DNA of 37,798 bases from contig NC_068983.1 of assembly GCF_001194135.2 (NCBI RefSeq), forward strand, positions 113,879,777-113,917,574, read 5' to 3'. Both the position numbers and the translations under genes were made by a program. The DNA comes from Octopus bimaculoides. Taxonomy: Eukaryota. Below, piece by piece: positions 35,931-37,798 of this stretch. The notes below the pieces were generated by a model, which made no database searches, was not told the origin of the DNA, and saw nothing but the letters and a program-made list of their open reading frames with translations. Each line of letters opens with the position of its first letter. The first letter of the stretch is position 1.

Positions 35931-37476
35931 TTTTTTTATATGCACACAACAGATTACACTGTTGGAAAAGATAAATTCCTAACATTAGGCTACAGCAAGT
36001 AACCTTAGATGCCAAGAACCCTCCTAAGTATCTTAGCTGTCCCTAATAACTCTGTTTCCGGGAGCTGTACTAAACTGGGTTTCACAGTTACCTCCCCTAC
36101 TGTTCAAATCTTTAGGGATAGATCCTAATGCACCTATAACTACTGGGCTACATTTTACCCACTCTTTCCATAGTCTCTGCAATTCAATGGCTAGGTCCTG
36201 GTAGTTTCTATTTTTTCTATACCTCTCATATTGATTTTTTTCATCATTTGGGACTGTAAAGTCAATTATCTGGCATTTTCTATTCTCTTTATCTGCTACT
36301 ACTAAATCAGGCTTTCTAGCTTCTACTATTCTGTCAGCCTGAATGTTAATGTCTCACGACATCTTATATTTCTTACTTTCTAGTACTTTACTAGGTTCAT
36401 GTTCATACCATTTATCAGAATGGTCAAATCCTAGCTTTCTTGATAGTCTTGTCAAACTTAAGGCTTTTTAAACATTCTATGTCAGACCTAAGTAGCTGAA
36501 TTTGGTAGTGAATGAGCTGTTGCCAAGAAGGCATTTTGTGGGAATGTTGTCGTTTTCTAATCTTTTCAACACAGAATCGTTGAGATTTTTGTAGATGCAT
36601 AGTACAGGTGGTTGAGATTTGTGATATCAACACCATTAGCTGAAATTACTTTCAGGTTTTGGTTAGAACTGTGGATTTTTGGGAAAGTGTCACATATGTT
36701 TATAATGGTTTCTTTAATTTTCAGCCATTCAATCATGATTTGATTTTTTAGATCATGTAGTTCTGTTGGGTTAATTTCTGTGTGACTTTCTTCATCTATT
36801 TGATTTTCATCTGCTTTAGTGTTTATGGTTGGTCCAGAGAGTATTTCACTTTGCCTATCAGTTACATTAACTCTTTCAATCATTACTGCATTTTCATCAG
36901 ACTTGGGTTGGTCTATAATTATTTCCTCTGCTGTATCTTTAGCTGCAACTTCATTCCTTTTATCCCTTACTGATTGTTTAATTTGGTCAATCTCTAATTC
37001 AGTTAGTAATTTCTTTTTCATAATCTTTCTTCTGACATTAGCAAGTTTGTTACTGTCTGTGTAGGGTCTCACTTCAAAGTGTTTCTGTCTCCAGTTTAAG
37101 TAGGTTTGTACAGTATTAGACTAATTTGTTTGGAAAATACATGGCCTTAAGAACTTCTTTATCTCGCCTAGACCATTTTTCATTCTTTTTCTTTTGGTTA
37201 TTTGATAATAAGCATGGATGGCCATCTATTAGAATATTCCGGTTGTGGGGTACTTCCAGCTCCTGTGTTTCAGGAAAATTTGAACCAGTAGCTGATTTTT
37301 CGTACCCAATCTCGTTCATCACTCACGTACGTGGATCCAGTTTGTATTTTGCTTTACCTCATTGAGGCATGACAAGCTTGAAAGTTGACATTAGGGGTCA
37401 GATCTGCCTGTTTATGGCTAATTTTGTGAGACAACACTGCCTTTGAGTTCTCTGAATGAAAACATTGCTCATCTAC
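35929..37476 (-). mobile_element. Internally deleted R4/Dong-clade non-LTR retrotransposon (N-terminal domain joined to RLE; RT absent)
   Basis: N-terminal KWSRRDKEVLKAMY...RPYTDSNKLANVRRKIMKKKLLTELEIDQIK, DITNLNHLYYA and PSWQQLIHYQIQLLRSDI. Then directly KLGFDHSDKWYEHEPSKVLES...ARKPDLVVADKENRKCQIIDFTVPND...YQDLAIELQRLW...PVVIGALG...LLGTAKILRRVLGI* (stop 36007-36005). Short 3' UTR and A-tract. Confidence 0.88.
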
Positions 37477-37508
37477 TATTATTATTATTATCATTATTAT
37501 TATTATTA

Positions 37509-37690
37509 AGGTGGCAAGCTGGTAGAATTGCCGGGTAAAATGCTTAGCGGTATTTTGTCTGTCTTTACATGCTGAATTCAAATTCCACTGAGGTCAGCTT
37601 TGCCTTTCATCCTTTAGGGATCAATGAAATTAGTAACAGTTGCACACTAGATTTTGTACCTACAGTAGGAAGGACTATTATTATTATTAT
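37509..37690 (+). mobile_element. SINE family B preceded and followed by (TTA)n
   Basis: aggtggcaagctggtagaattgccggg head, GAATTCAAATTCC B-box. Confidence 0.75.
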
Positions 37691-37713
37691 TATTATTAAA
37701 GTATGTATATAAC

Positions 37714-37750
<37 letters not shown>

Positions 37751-37759
37751 CATACATAA

Positions 37760-37798
<39 letters not shown>

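Overview
Eukaryotic, AT-rich, microsatellite-laden genomic window with 8 assembly gaps. The repeat complement (RTE LINE 3' ends with (GAT)n tails, three tRNA-headed SINE families) looks like octopus/coleoid cephalopod DNA; this is an inference. The only host gene I can support is HADH (mitochondrial short/medium-chain 3-hydroxyacyl-CoA dehydrogenase) on the minus strand. Coding exons 1-6 lie between 26187 and 3727, exon 2 is partly hidden in a gap, and the last exons were not found and probably lie left of the window. The rest is transposon-derived: an internally deleted Helitron, mariner foldback and MITE elements, piggyBac-like MITEs, RTE LINE fragments, CRE fragments, an internally deleted R4/Dong element and Tigger/pogo-like ends. 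I found no convincing new multi-gene system. The best leads are a PHD finger inserted inside the RTE reverse transcriptase, an RT-less R4/Dong element sitting in the (TAA)n tract between SINEs, a three-C2H2-finger LINE tail, inverted LINE copies bracketing the catalytic HADH exon, and an orphan promoter-like island enclosed by a TIR pair next to a gap.
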